Origin: Acidimicrobiia bacterium
GTDB lineage: Bacteria > Actinomycetota > Acidimicrobiia > Spongiisociales > ZC4RG35
NCBI GenBank assembly: GCA_965215185.1
Contig: OZ244034.1
Span: 864,001-928,000 of the forward strand
Length of the DNA stretch: 64,000 nucleotides
Direction of reading: 5' to 3'
Shown here: positions 19,723 through 31,000 of the stretch, piece by piece
Layout: the number at the start of each line of letters is the position of its first letter
How positions within the stretch are numbered: position 1 is the stretch's first letter
Position numbers and translations under genes: made by a program
The notes under the pieces: model-generated
The model's database searches: none
What the model was told of the DNA's origin: nothing
Seen by the model: the letters and a program-made list of their open reading frames with translations, nothing else

Positions 19723-22700
19723 TTAGTCCAACGTGACACCGATAGCGGGCCAGAAGACGGCCTCGGCCATTATCCGGGTGCCGAGTTGTCGAGCTTTGCG
19801 GGCTTTGCCGGACTGCGAGTCGGGATCGGCGAGGACGAGGAGATCGAGCTTCCTAGTGACGTTGGTATTCACGTCGAGCCTGGCCTCTTCGGCGAGTCGG
19901 TGTGCGCGGTGGCGGGTGATCGGCTCTCCGTTGATCTGGCCGAGGAGTGCACCGCTGAAGCAGACCGACAATCCTGCAAGCGAGTCCGCCGGTTGGAAGG
20001 CTGCGGCGGCATGCGTGTGTTCAGCGCCGGTTATACGACGTTCACGCGAGTCGGGGCTTATGCCCAGCAGGGAGCCGACGAGCTGTAGGTCACGGTTCTC
20101 GAGGTCGGTGATGACCCCATCGGTGAGAGCGGCGTCCAGCACCGCGTTGAAGTACTGCTCGTGGGCGAGCCTGACACGGTCAGCGTCAAGTCCCCACTCG
20201 CTTGCAGTCGCAACTAGCGCCTCTGATTCCCGGTCAGTGAGGCGCCGGTCCTCGAGTGCCCGGTCTAGTAACTCCATATAGGCGGCAGCGTCGGGATCGT
20301 TCGACGGTGCGTTGTCGAGTCGGTCGACGAGTTTAGCGAGGTACTGACCTTGGCGGTCGATTCGTGCTCTGCCCGCTCCTCGTAGTTGCCGTCGTGCTGA
20401 CGGCGCGACTGTGGGAAGTGCTTCGGGCCAGACGAGGGGGACGCAGCCGATCTCATCGAGGGTACGGCAACCACGTTCGACTGCCATCTCCAGGTATGCC
20501 GCGAGGATCCCGGCGGTCGCTCGAGCGTCGGCGAGTGCGTCATGGTCGTCGGAGAGGTCGATACCGAGACGTTCGCAGCAGGCTGCGAGACGTCGGCTCG
20601 TGCCGGGCTGCATGAGCGATCCGAGCGACAGCGTGCATAGCGCAGGGAAGTTGGGAAGTTCAAGGCCGGCGAGGGCAAACTCGGCGGCGAGGAACGAGCG
20701 GTCGAATCGGAAGTTGTGAGCGACTAGCACGGCGTTACGGACGTTTTGAAGGATGTCCCCGACCACATCGGCGAAGCGGGGTGCCCCGACGACATCGCTG
20801 GCGGTGATGCCGTGGATGTGGGTGGCGCCGATGTCTCGGCTCGGGTCAACCAGTGTCGACCATTCGGACAAAACTGTGCCATCACCGCGCATCCGCACGG
20901 TCGCGATCTCAACGATCCGATCACCGAGACGAGGGCTGAACCCGGTCGTTTCGACGTCTAGAACAGCGAACTCGTGATCGAGTAGGTCTCCATGAGCGAG
21001 CCGCAGTCCGGTTGGTTCTGGCGACGGCACCGGGGCGGCCCGTGGCGGTGTCCGAAGGCGTTGTGCGATGGACAAGGCGGACGGCTTGTCCATCGCTGCC
21101 TGTCGGACGAGCTTGTCGTTGGTTGGTGGCGAGAGTGGGAGAGCAACGTCACCCTGATGGAAGTCCGGTGCAACCTTGGCGAAGAGTCTCCAAGCCCCGT
21201 CCACGTCGAGGAGACGGGCGCCTGCTGACTCGCAGGAGAGCGTGTCGTCGAGCACCCAATCCCACTTATCAATTTGCCGGTTTCTTACGGACGCTGCCAG
21301 TTCGTGAGGCGGCGGCGGCTTCTCAGCAAGAAGACGGTGGATTGTCGCTCCAACTTTGTGGATATCAGTGCCGAGTATTTGGATCGCGGGGCCTTCGGCG
21401 CTCGCTTCGATGCCTTCCCCGAGTAGTGCAATTGTTGCTGTGAAAAGGGCGCGGTCGCCGGTCCATGGGAACAGCAGCACGCCAGAGCCGTCAGCGAGAA
21501 CGGTCGTGCTGTGTAGCCCGAATCGGTCGTACGCGCTTCGGGCCTCGGCGAGCAGGATGCGTGCGTTCGCGTCGAGCCACGGCGGGGTGTCGGCGCTTTG
21601 GTAGACGGCGACCATCTCCGTCCGAACGCGATCGGATGTTGCGGCGGGGGAGCCGGCGAAATGTGGGGGGTTGCCGCCGCTGGATCGTTCGAGTTCGACG
21701 ACACGGGCTGAAGTGTCGATCCCGGTGACCTTCCAACGTTTGCCGGCAAAGATCAGTAGCACTCCTTCGTAGAGCGGTTGGTGGATCGGTACCGTGCCGA
21801 GGGTCCTGCCTCCGGTCACGAGCCGCCACTCCTCCGCCGTTTGGAACGCGGTGTAGAAGCTGTAGTGGTTGACGTGACGCTCACCGGCCTCGCCGTGTAG
21901 GAGCAACCCGTCGGAGGCTTGGACTAGCAGGTCGTGGGTGGCCATTGCTCGTAGGAGCCGCACGAACCGTGTGCGGTCGACGAGTTGGAACGGACCCAGT
22001 CCGCACAGCGCGCGGTATAGGTCGGATGCGGTGGCGCCGCCGTGCTGGGCGATCGTAGACATGATCTGTTGGACCAGCGTCGAGTAGTTGAACCCGGGGT
22101 CGTTGGGGGTCTCGAGCCACCTGTCAAGCATGAGGATCACCATGGCGGTGGTCCGCACTACGGCGCAGCGCAGTTCATCGACGGGTCCTGCCCGCTCGTC
22201 GATGTGTTTCTCGCTGATGTACAGACGTAGCACGGCCGGATCGTCGCGACGACCTGATCGCCCCAGTCGCTGACGGAGCGCCGCAACCGAGGGTGGCGGT
22301 CCGACTTGGGCGACGCTTGATACCGACCCGATGTCGATGCCCAACTCGAGCGTTGACGTGCACACCGCGGTCGCTGGCCGCGTGGTGTCTTTCAGTTGCG
22401 CTTCTACGGTCTCGCGCACGTTCTTTGAGAGGTTGCCGTGGTGTGGCCAGAACTCGTTGGGTACTCGTTCGCTCTCGCAGCGGCGGGCGAGCAGGTCGGC
22501 ATATGTCTCGACGTCACGGCGGGCGTTCGCGAACACCAGGTTGTCCTGGCCGCGGAGATACCGGAACAGATGCTTAGCAATTGCTGTCCGATCCCCGGAC
22601 GTTGATTCCTCGTCTGTCTTGTCGCGGGCGGGCTGCTCGGCAACGGGCGCTTCGCTCGAGGATGTCGGCGGCGGAGTCGACACGTAGCCACGAAGTTGCA

Positions 22701-23484
22701 GTTGTATTTCTTGGCCGTCGGATTTCGATTCGACGAGCACGACCCGCTCCGGTTCGGTCGGGCGAAGGAAGGCTGCAGCTTGCTCCATGTCGCCAAGCGT
22801 CGCGGAAAGTCCGATGCGCGGCGGCCGGCGGCGAATTGCGAGTTCCACGCGGCTCATGAGGGACTGCAGTTGGGCGCCCCGTGGTGTGGCGAGGAAGGAG
22901 TGCAGTTCGTCGATCACGATGTACTGCAACGATGCGAACACGCCGGGTACCAGGGTTCCGCGAAGCACGAACATCGCCTCCAGTGACTCCGGTGTGATCA
23001 GCAGGACACCTGACGGCTCCGCGAGCGCTTCGCGCTTTGCCGAACTCGAAACGTCTCCATGCCAGCGATGCACGGCGATGCCCACTCGTTCGCAGAGTTC
23101 TTCGAGGCGCTGATACTGGTCGTTGATTAGCGCTTTCAGCGGCGACAGGTACAACACCTGCACGCCGCGATATGCCTTGGCCTCGGGCTCTGCCCATGGG
23201 TCGTGAACTTCCCAAGGGTCCCGCCAGGCGGGTGTGGTTGCTTCGGCGCTGGTTGCGAGCGTCGAGAGGATGGGCAGGAATGCCGCCTCGGTCTTCCCGG
23301 CGGCGGTTGCCGCTGCGATGATGATGTCGCGGGCACCATCGAGGATTGGGCCGATGGCGCGTTCTTGGGCGTCGTGCAGTGATGTCCACCCCTGGTTGTG
23401 GATCCAACGCTGCATTCGGGGATGAAGGAGCGTGAACGCCGATGATGCAGTCGGATCAGAGGGGGAGGTTGGCGGGGTTGTCAC
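19723..23484 (-). CDS. sngC: Shango SngC-like Lhr-type DExH helicase fused to a DEDDh 3'-5' exonuclease, a TerB-like helical region and a BRCT domain
   Basis: Helicase TAAGKTE, IDELH, SAT, QRLGRSGRR. Exonuclease LDVETTG, AHNFRFD, HDALADA. BRCT VCFSG...VTRKLDLLVLADPDSQSGKARKARQLG. Confidence 0.8.
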   Translation of the reverse strand: MTTPPTSPSDPTASSAFTLLHPRMQRWIHNQGWTSLHDAQERAIGPILDGARDIIIAAATAAGKTEAAFLPILSTLATSAEATTPAWRDPWEVHDPWAEPEAKAYRGVQVLYLSPLKALINDQYQRLEELCERVGIAVHRWHGDVSSSAKREALAEPSGVLLITPESLEAMFVLRGTLVPGVFASLQYIVIDELHSFLATPRGAQLQSLMSRVELAIRRRPPRIGLSATLGDMEQAAAFLRPTEPERVVLVESKSDGQEIQLQLRGYVSTPPPTSSSEAPVAEQPARDKTDEESTSGDRTAIAKHLFRYLRGQDNLVFANARRDVETYADLLARRCESERVPNEFWPHHGNLSKNVRETVEAQLKDTTRPATAVCTSTLELGIDIGSVSSVAQVGPPPSVAALRQRLGRSGRRDDPAVLRLYISEKHIDERAGPVDELRCAVVRTTAMVILMLDRWLETPNDPGFNYSTLVQQIMSTIAQHGGATASDLYRALCGLGPFQLVDRTRFVRLLRAMATHDLLVQASDGLLLHGEAGERHVNHYSFYTAFQTAEEWRLVTGGRTLGTVPIHQPLYEGVLLIFAGKRWKVTGIDTSARVVELERSSGGNPPHFAGSPAATSDRVRTEMVAVYQSADTPPWLDANARILLAEARSAYDRFGLHSTTVLADGSGVLLFPWTGDRALFTATIALLGEGIEASAEGPAIQILGTDIHKVGATIHRLLAEKPPPPHELAASVRNRQIDKWDWVLDDTLSCESAGARLLDVDGAWRLFAKVAPDFHQGDVALPLSPPTNDKLVRQAAMDKPSALSIAQRLRTPPRAAPVPSPEPTGLRLAHGDLLDHEFAVLDVETTGFSPRLGDRIVEIATVRMRGDGTVLSEWSTLVDPSRDIGATHIHGITASDVVGAPRFADVVGDILQNVRNAVLVAHNFRFDRSFLAAEFALAGLELPNFPALCTLSLGSLMQPGTSRRLAACCERLGIDLSDDHDALADARATAGILAAYLEMAVERGCRTLDEIGCVPLVWPEALPTVAPSARRQLRGAGRARIDRQGQYLAKLVDRLDNAPSNDPDAAAYMELLDRALEDRRLTDRESEALVATASEWGLDADRVRLAHEQYFNAVLDAALTDGVITDLENRDLQLVGSLLGISPDSRERRITGAEHTHAAAAFQPADSLAGLSVCFSGALLGQINGEPITRHRAHRLAEEARLDVNTNVTRKLDLLVLADPDSQSGKARKARQLGTRIMAEAVFWPAIGVTLD

Positions 23485-23516
23485 CGTCGGGGCCGCCTAT
23501 AAGTGGTTGAGTGGGA

Positions 23517-24926
23517 TCAGAGCCGAAAGCGGGTGAGTTGATCATCAACAGAATGGGGCGGTGATGCACCGGCCCCTGCGGAAGGCGGTCCACTGGTGGG
23601 GGTCGCTCCGGGAGTTGACGGTGCAGCTGCGCCCTCACTGTCGTCGTCGAGCGGTTCGAGATTTGGGTTCGTCTCGAGTCCAATCTCGACGCGGTCGATC
23701 ATGTCGGACCAGCTCACCCCTGGGTTCTGGTCGAGCACGGCGAGGAGGTTCACGAATTCCTTGATGGTGGTGCGCGGCGTGCGGAAGTAGGCGTCACCGA
23801 CTTTTGATGCGCAGTGGTTCATGAACGCGCTCAAGGCCTCGTCCGGGACGAGGTAGGCACTCGGATTGCCACCGGCGAACACGTGGCGGAGTTTCGTGAG
23901 AAGCACGAACATGTCCTCGGGCGACAGGTTGGTGAGGCGTAGCACCGGTCCGGAGTAGTCGACGAGCCCTCCGGTGGCGAACGTGTTCTCGGCGAGACGT
24001 GACTGCAGTGCCGAGTACGAATACAGACCGCGGCGGGGGTCGAGCAGCATGTCGGGGGTTCCGCCGAGCACGAATCCCAGCCCGGCCGCAGTGCCTTGCA
24101 GGCAGTCGTTCAGGATGCGCAATATTTGCTCGTAGTTCGAGTTCCGAGCCTGGGTGTTGGAGAGCTTGTACAGGTTGACCAATTCGTCGAGACAGACGAG
24201 CAGGCCGGAGAACCCGGCGAGACGCACGAACCGCGCGAGCAGTTTGAGATGGTCGTAGAAGCTGCCGTCATCGATGATGGTGCGCACTCCGAGCGCTGCT
24301 CGCGCGTCGGTGCGGGTTGAGTACTCGCCGCGCAACCAGCGCACGACATCGGCTTTGGCCTGCTCGTTGCCTGCGTCGTGGGCACGCCAGTAGGTGGCGA
24401 TGACATCGGCGAAGTCGTAGCCCCCGGTGAGTTCCTGGAGTTCGACCAGTCGTTCGCGGATCACGACCTCTGGGCTGACACCCCTGGAGCGGGCGCTGTT
24501 GAGGCTCGCAGTGATGAACCGCTCTACGACCGACGGCATTGCGCCGCCGTCGGGCCTTGCTCGCGTCGAGAGGTTCCGCATCAGTTCGGCGTACAGGCTG
24601 CGAGCCTGACCGCCGGTTGCCCGCAGGCGCCGGTCGGGCGAGAGGTCTGCGTGAGCGGTCACGAGTTTGCGCTCGAGCGCGATCGAGCGCACGAGGTTCA
24701 GGAAGAACGACTTCCCGGCCCCGTACTCGCCGATGGCGAACCGGATAGCGGAACCGCCATCGGCGATGCGGTCGATGTCCGTGACGAGCGCAGTGACTTC
24801 GTTGGCGCGCCCGACCTGGATGTGCTGTTGGCCGACACGGGGCACGACACCGGCGCGCAACGACTGTATGATGGCGTCGCGGTCACGGGGACGGATGCGG
24901 TCGGTTGCGGCGTTGGGAGACATCAA
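23517..24926 (-). CDS. sngB: Shango SngB-like P-loop ATPase (DUF2791/BrxD-like)
   Basis: SLRAGVVP..G, Walker A GEYGAGKS, Walker B LDELVN; overlaps the stop of the upstream gene. Confidence 0.85.
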   Translation of the reverse strand: MMSPNAATDRIRPRDRDAIIQSLRAGVVPRVGQQHIQVGRANEVTALVTDIDRIADGGSAIRFAIGEYGAGKSFFLNLVRSIALERKLVTAHADLSPDRRLRATGGQARSLYAELMRNLSTRARPDGGAMPSVVERFITASLNSARSRGVSPEVVIRERLVELQELTGGYDFADVIATYWRAHDAGNEQAKADVVRWLRGEYSTRTDARAALGVRTIIDDGSFYDHLKLLARFVRLAGFSGLLVCLDELVNLYKLSNTQARNSNYEQILRILNDCLQGTAAGLGFVLGGTPDMLLDPRRGLYSYSALQSRLAENTFATGGLVDYSGPVLRLTNLSPEDMFVLLTKLRHVFAGGNPSAYLVPDEALSAFMNHCASKVGDAYFRTPRTTIKEFVNLLAVLDQNPGVSWSDMIDRVEIGLETNPNLEPLDDDSEGAAAPSTPGATPTSGPPSAGAGASPPHSVDDQLTRFRL

Positions 24927-27178
24927 AGCAGTTCCTCCATGGCGTAGGTGTTCAATTCGACAGGGTCGTCGCCCTCGACGAGCGGCTCACCACAGGCGTC
25001 GATGGCCGCTTCGTTGATGACGTCGAACGCTCCTTCAAGGAGCGGCAGCCCCAGAGAGTGGGCGAGTTCTTCGATGTCGCTGCGACTCCACTTTGGTCGG
25101 CCGGTGAGAGCGGCTGCGAGCGCCGAGTGCGCCGCGTCGAGACCGTAGATCTTCAACGCCACCGCAGGGCGGGCCATTGGCTGCTCGGGTGCCAATGGCT
25201 GGGTGTCCCAGCCCGCTGGCGGCGTGATTGCGGGCTCCTCGTCCTCGGCGAAGATGGTGGTCAGAAGCGCTGTGACGCGGGCGGTCTCGGCGAGGCGGGC
25301 CTTCACCTTCGCAGGGTCGAGTACCACAGCGGCCACTTGTGGGGTGTCAGCAACCGGTTCGGGCACAGCCCAGCGAGTGGTGGGCTGCGCGTGGCGGACG
25401 GTGACAGGTCCCCTCTCCCCGGTGCCGAGCGCGTGCACTTGGCGGTACACGTCGGCTTCGTCAAGGCCGAGGTACCCAAACACCTTTGTCAGCGTGCTGA
25501 TCTCCTCGGGGCTGACGACCCCGTCCGCGGCGGCAACATCGATGAGGAACCTGCCGACCGCGGCCCGTTCCCCCACGGGCAGTGCCTCCACCCTGCGCTT
25601 CGTGCCAGCCATACCGACCTTGCCGGTCGCTAGGAACGCAAGGTGTGCCTCCAGCCGCACGCATTCGGCTGTGTCGAGTCCGAGTACCTGTTCGGCGTGC
25701 TCGGCGAGGTGACGTTGTTCGGCAGGACTGATCAGTCCGTCCGCCGCCGCGACAACGGCGGTCAGATGAAGGAGTGACATTGCGGAGGTGTACTCCGGCG
25801 AGGGGACCGCTGCCGCATCTTCGGGTAGCGGAAACAGCACCGCGTCCGACCCCGGCTTCGGGGTTGAAGCACCGAAACGGACATCGGGTTCGATGCCGAC
25901 GCCGATCTTCCCGAGCAACGATGCCAAAGACACGGCATCCCGCTTCGCGAGCTTCTCGGTGCGGCCCGGCGACCACCTTCGCAAGAGTTCATCCAGCGGA
26001 ACCACGACACTCGCCCTGCCGTCCAGCATCTGCATCGTCCAAGAGCGCATGCCTTCGAACACCGGACCGCCGTGGCTGGCGATCAACTCGGCCGGCAACA
26101 ACGCGATGGCAATGGCCGTCCCGGCCTCGCCGGGTCGACGTCCGAGGAGCCTGCTGTACGAGTCGAGTTCATCAGTGCACTCCTCGGCCAGGTTCTTCAG
26201 CTTGTTGATAGGACCGATGACCGACGTGATGTCGGGTATCGCCTTCACCTTGCAGGTCACCGCGCCACCGAATCCACCCGATGCGGGCCGATGCTCGAAC
26301 TCGATCGTCTTAGCCGGCTTGCGCACCTTGACCCCGTCGCCGTATCGGGCCCGGTAACGAATTAGGAACAACTCGTCAAACTCAGAGTGACAGCGAGTCG
26401 CCGGTGTCCGCGTCGGGGCTGCGGGGTGATAGCGAAGGTAGCTGAGCGCCCACTCCGCGGGGAGCCTAGACCCTTCCGCAACATATTTCCCGACACCGAT
26501 ACGCACGGCGGCTGGAACTTCCCAATTTCTGTGGTCCGGATCCCACGGGACTGGCTCCAAGTCGGCGTCAACCGACCGCAACCCTTCGACGAATTCGAGC
26601 AGGCTGCCTGCGTACCCCGAGAACGAGCGGCTGTGGCCGTACATGCCGAGAAGGCCCTCGATCTCGTTCACCAGTGTCCCTACCTCGGGGTGGTTGAGTA
26701 CGGAGCCATGGTCAACGAGCAGCCGTCGTTCCAGTCCGTAGAAGAACAAGAACACGTAGCCGATGTATGCCGACTCGTTCCGGCGTCCTTCGATCAGCCA
26801 CGTCAGGTAAGCAGCCCGAGCGTGCTTGTCCAGACAGTTGTACGACGGCCAGTAGCCCATCGTGTTCCCGGCCCGGTCGGGGCGGGTCCAGCCAACAGGC
26901 AAGCGAGGATCGATAAGGCATGGCTCGATCTGCTGCCCGTCCACCGATCTGGCACCGCTGCCGACGTAGAACATCCCACCAGGGATCGAGCGGCCATCAA
27001 CCACGATGCTCCCACCGGAGGGAACCCAGGTCGCAGTACCCCGCTTCGACCGCACCACCGACGGTGCTGATTGCGACGCAGGAGGTGGAGCCAACGGCGA
27101 CCTGACGTGTCTGCCAACCGGCTGGGACTTCCGTCCACGCCCGAAGAAACTCCCAATACCCATCAGACAGCCTGCCAC
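24923..27178 (-). CDS. sngA: Shango SngA-like TerB_N / TerB / TerB_C protein
   Basis: YWPSY...RAAYLTWL...IGYVFLFFYGLERR (TerB_N); AAADGLISPAE and AAADGVVSPEE (TerB); DVINEAA..GEPLVEG (TerB_C). True start may be MGIGSFF. Confidence 0.85.
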   Translation of the reverse strand: MAGCLMGIGSFFGRGRKSQPVGRHVRSPLAPPPASQSAPSVVRSKRGTATWVPSGGSIVVDGRSIPGGMFYVGSGARSVDGQQIEPCLIDPRLPVGWTRPDRAGNTMGYWPSYNCLDKHARAAYLTWLIEGRRNESAYIGYVFLFFYGLERRLLVDHGSVLNHPEVGTLVNEIEGLLGMYGHSRSFSGYAGSLLEFVEGLRSVDADLEPVPWDPDHRNWEVPAAVRIGVGKYVAEGSRLPAEWALSYLRYHPAAPTRTPATRCHSEFDELFLIRYRARYGDGVKVRKPAKTIEFEHRPASGGFGGAVTCKVKAIPDITSVIGPINKLKNLAEECTDELDSYSRLLGRRPGEAGTAIAIALLPAELIASHGGPVFEGMRSWTMQMLDGRASVVVPLDELLRRWSPGRTEKLAKRDAVSLASLLGKIGVGIEPDVRFGASTPKPGSDAVLFPLPEDAAAVPSPEYTSAMSLLHLTAVVAAADGLISPAEQRHLAEHAEQVLGLDTAECVRLEAHLAFLATGKVGMAGTKRRVEALPVGERAAVGRFLIDVAAADGVVSPEEISTLTKVFGYLGLDEADVYRQVHALGTGERGPVTVRHAQPTTRWAVPEPVADTPQVAAVVLDPAKVKARLAETARVTALLTTIFAEDEEPAITPPAGWDTQPLAPEQPMARPAVALKIYGLDAAHSALAAALTGRPKWSRSDIEELAHSLGLPLLEGAFDVINEAAIDACGEPLVEGDDPVELNTYAMEELL

Positions 27179-27229
27179 TGGCCGCGGTAGTGGTTCACTG
27201 AATCATTGATGAGTCGTTCCGTATCAACC

Positions 27230-27640
27230 AATGTCCAAACCTTATCTGTGAGACCGGGTGGCCATAGCCAGGGTGATGCCCAGCCTGAGGGTGTCGTGGG
27301 AGCGGCAAAAGTTGTAGGCCACGAAATGTAACGCTACCGCCTGAGCGTGGTCATCTGGCTTCTTCCAGGAAGCGTTGGTGCAGCGGGCGTATCGGCGGAT
27401 GTTCATTCATATTGTGAGGTGTTGTCGTTCCACTTCGGCGGGGCGTCCGGCCTTGCCCTCAAGGCAGAGACTCTTGAGAATCCGATGACCTGCCATCCGC
27501 TCACCAAACAGATGACCCACAGCCTCCACATAGGCCTTCAACCCGTCGGTAGCCAGTTGAACCCGGCAGCGCATCCTGTCGGCTGGATCATCCATGAACA
27601 GGCGGCCCCGTGTAATGAGTGCGGTCTCCAAGCTCAAATC
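27230..27640 (-). pseudogene. IS1-family (ISMhu11-like) transposase remnant
   Basis: Fragments FMDD..DR..RVQLATDGLKAYVEAV..FG and AVALHFVAYNFCRSHDTLR..AMA. Confidence 0.6.
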
Positions 27641-28066
27641 TGAACTGAAGTCGGAGACCCAACACGCGGAATATCGGAGCACACCGAGTGCTGGGGGCCG
27701 ATGGCGACGACGGGGACGACCTGATGATGGCTCTTGGCCCGCAAGATCGTCAGTTGGGAGGAGGACGACGCGGTGCCCGACGGGGATCAGGCCTTGCGCG
27801 GCCCCACCAACGATAGGAATGTCGTCCAGAGACTCCATCGGTGCCACCTCGGTGAAGGACTCTGTCTCGATGTGTATATCTGCAGGTAGGCTGGTCGCTC
27901 GGGTGCGAGCGCCATTGCAAACCTCACTGCTGCGCGACACGCCTGAGTCCGGGACCGGAATGTTACAGCCGACGCAGTTTGGGCAGCCGTACTGGTGTCG
28001 TCCTCGCGCCGTTCGTCGTATAGCATGCATTCCGCGTGGCCGCGGTCTCCCCGGTGATGTTCCACG

Positions 28067-31000
28067 CTACGCCTGCTCAGTGGCTACCTCCACGAGCCGT
28101 GCGAGGGCGTTCGCGAGCCGCATCTGCCGGGGCGTGCGGCAGCGGACGCGGATGAGTGCTGGGCTGGCGACCACGACGGCAAGACACTGAGCGCGGCTTG
28201 TGGCCACATTGAGGCGGTTGAGGCTGTAAAGAAATTCCATGCCGCGGGGTGCTTCGGCACCGGAACTTGTCGCCATCGAGTAGATGGAGATGGGCGCCTC
28301 CTGCCCCTGGAACTTGTCCACGGTGCCGACGCGGAAGTCGGGGAGCAAGGCCTGTATGATCCTGACCTGCGCGTTGTAAGGCGTGATGACGAGCACATCG
28401 TGTGCTCCCACGGGGTGCACTAGCCCCGTTGGGTCGGTGTAGGTGGGTTTGACGTCCATAAGGGCGTGGACCAGGTCGGCTAACTTGCCTGCTTCCTCTG
28501 GCGAATCGCTCGACTGACCGCTATGAGGCACCGGCACGAACCGGATGCCGGTTCCGGAGAGCGGTGGCTCACCCTTGAGGTGGAGACGTTCGCGACCGGG
28601 GTGCGAGTGCAGGCGCCCTTCGTAGAACACCTCGGATGTGTAGGCGCTGATATCCGGATGTAGCCGCCAGCTTCCGTCAAGGAAGAGTCCGAGGTGATCC
28701 GGCATGACCCGTCTGCCGTGAAGCACATGCGCCAGCGCCGAGCGTGCCGCTCCCGGCGGGTGGACGCCCTGCAGCGGCTGGTCGAGCTGCTGCGGGTCGC
28801 CGAGGAGGACGAGGTTCATCGCGGAGAGGGACGCCGCTATGGCATCAGCCAGCGACATCTGCCCGGCTTCGTCGATGAATAGCACATCGATGCTCTTGAT
28901 CATGTCCTCTCGAGCCCATAGCCAGGTCGTTCCACCCACGACGTCGAGGGAACCGTCGGCGAGCGCGTCTACCGCGGCATCGTTGGTCGCGAGGTGCTCG
29001 GCGTCAGGGTAGGTGGGTTCATCATTCGCCCGCTGGCCGATGGCCACGGTGACGCCTCGTTCTTCAGCGACTTGACCCACCTTCGCTAGCAGCTCGCCGA
29101 TGACCCTGTGGCTGTTAGCGGTGACGCCGATGCGTTTCCCCGCGGCTACCAGGTCGACGATCATCTTGGCGCCGACCGTGCTCTTTCCCGACCCCGGCGG
29201 CCCCTGGATCGCAAGGTAGCTATGGTGCGCACCGGCAACCAGTCGGCGTGCCGCATTCTGGGCGTCCTCGCCCTCTCGGAGAAAGGGTTGCCCCTCTCCC
29301 TGCCCAAGCCGCGGTGGCTGGCGCGCGAGCAGGTCACGTGCCGCCCTGTACGGACCCGGGCCCTCGATGCCATGCTCGATGATCCAGCGTGCCAGCCTCT
29401 GCAGGCTCTCCGGTTTTGGCTGGGCGCGGACGAATTCGAACGGGATCAACGAGGTGGCATTTGATGGCGGCCGAGTACTGCCTCGCTTGATGTCGATCAG
29501 ACCATCTTCGTCGTTGACCCCCACCACTTTCCCCACGGCCTTCTCCGTTTCAGGATCGTACGGCCTGCTATCAGTCCTGATGGCGTGATCCTGTGGCGGG
29601 AAACGAAACCGGTAGATGGTCGATCGTGCCCCGGGGGCGGGATCGAGCCATGAACTCTCAAAGGTCAACTCGCCCAGCGCGTCGGGCTCCTCGCGATGCT
29701 CCTCGTCGGTTAGTTCGCCCACCAGATGGAAGTACCGCCACCAGAAGGACTTCGCCTCCCGCCGGTGCCAGTTCAGCAACTGCGCCAGCAGCCAGCGCCC
29801 GCGCTCCTCGTCGCTCATTTGTTCGATGCTCTCCGGAAGGGTCGCTAGCAACGCTTCCACCAGCTTGTTTACGGCCTTCTGTGCCTCGCTGTCCTCCCGC
29901 TCCTCCAGCTCGGACACGGTGGGACGGGGGAGATCGCCGAGTTCCCGAACAAGCTCTGCCCGCTGACCCTCCAGCCAGTCCCGCAGGCGCAGCGTCGAGA
30001 CACAGTCGTCTCGGTTGTACCTCTCGATTTCCATGAGTAGCTTGTCCCGTTTGTCCTCCTGCCCGAGCTCGAGCCACGTCTCGAATTCGACGATGCTCGC
30101 GCCCGCATCGCGCAGGCCCACCTCGCGATCGAAGCCATAGAGCCGCTCAAGCCGCTTGATCGAGTAGCTCTCGACTGACGCCCGGATGCCCTGCCGTACA
30201 GCCCGGTAGAGGTCGACGAAGACCCGTCCGCGCAGAAGTTGGTCGACCTCCTCCTCGCGAGTGCCGTAGCGCCCGGCGAGGCGCTTCACGGCAGTCGGCT
30301 CGTATGAGGCATAGTGGTAGATGTGCAGCTTCGGGTCGGATCCGAGCCGGTCCATAACGAGGTCGATAAACGCCTCAAAGGCCCGCCGTTCCGCGCCCGT
30401 TGTGACGGTGCCGTCTTCGATCGACCAGATAGCATGGAACCCCGGCTGCCCGCCCGCATCGAGACGACCCGGTTCGATAACACCGAAAAGGTAGTCAATG
30501 CCGTCGACCTCCTCGGAGCCGAAGAACGGATCGCCCTCAATGTCGAAGAAGAGGTCACCCGGTGACGGCTCGGGCAGCATCAGCAGCCCCCGGTTGGGGA
30601 CAAATTCGCCGTGGCGGTCAAGCGAGGGAGCGATGCGCGCCGAGATCGTCCTCCCGACGCGCTCCCCACGGACCTGAATCCTCGCCTGCGCCTGAATCCT
30701 CGCCAGCGCCTCTCTACCAGCGCCGTCGAGCCGGTCCGGGAGAGCCTTCACGGGCTCAGCGAGCCCAGTACGTGTCGTCACATTGATCATGTGCAGGGCG
30801 CGCCGCTGCCGTGACGACAGGCCGGCAACGAGCGACAGGTCGTCCTCCACCCGCCACCGCTTCCGGCAACGCTCACTCCAACGGCACACCCCGCAGTGCT
30901 CGACCGGCTCTGGGACCGTCTCAACGGGAAAGGCAGACCCACCGTCGAGAAACGCCTCGAACTCCCGCGCCACCAGCCGGAAGTAGGCGGCGTAGTCGGC

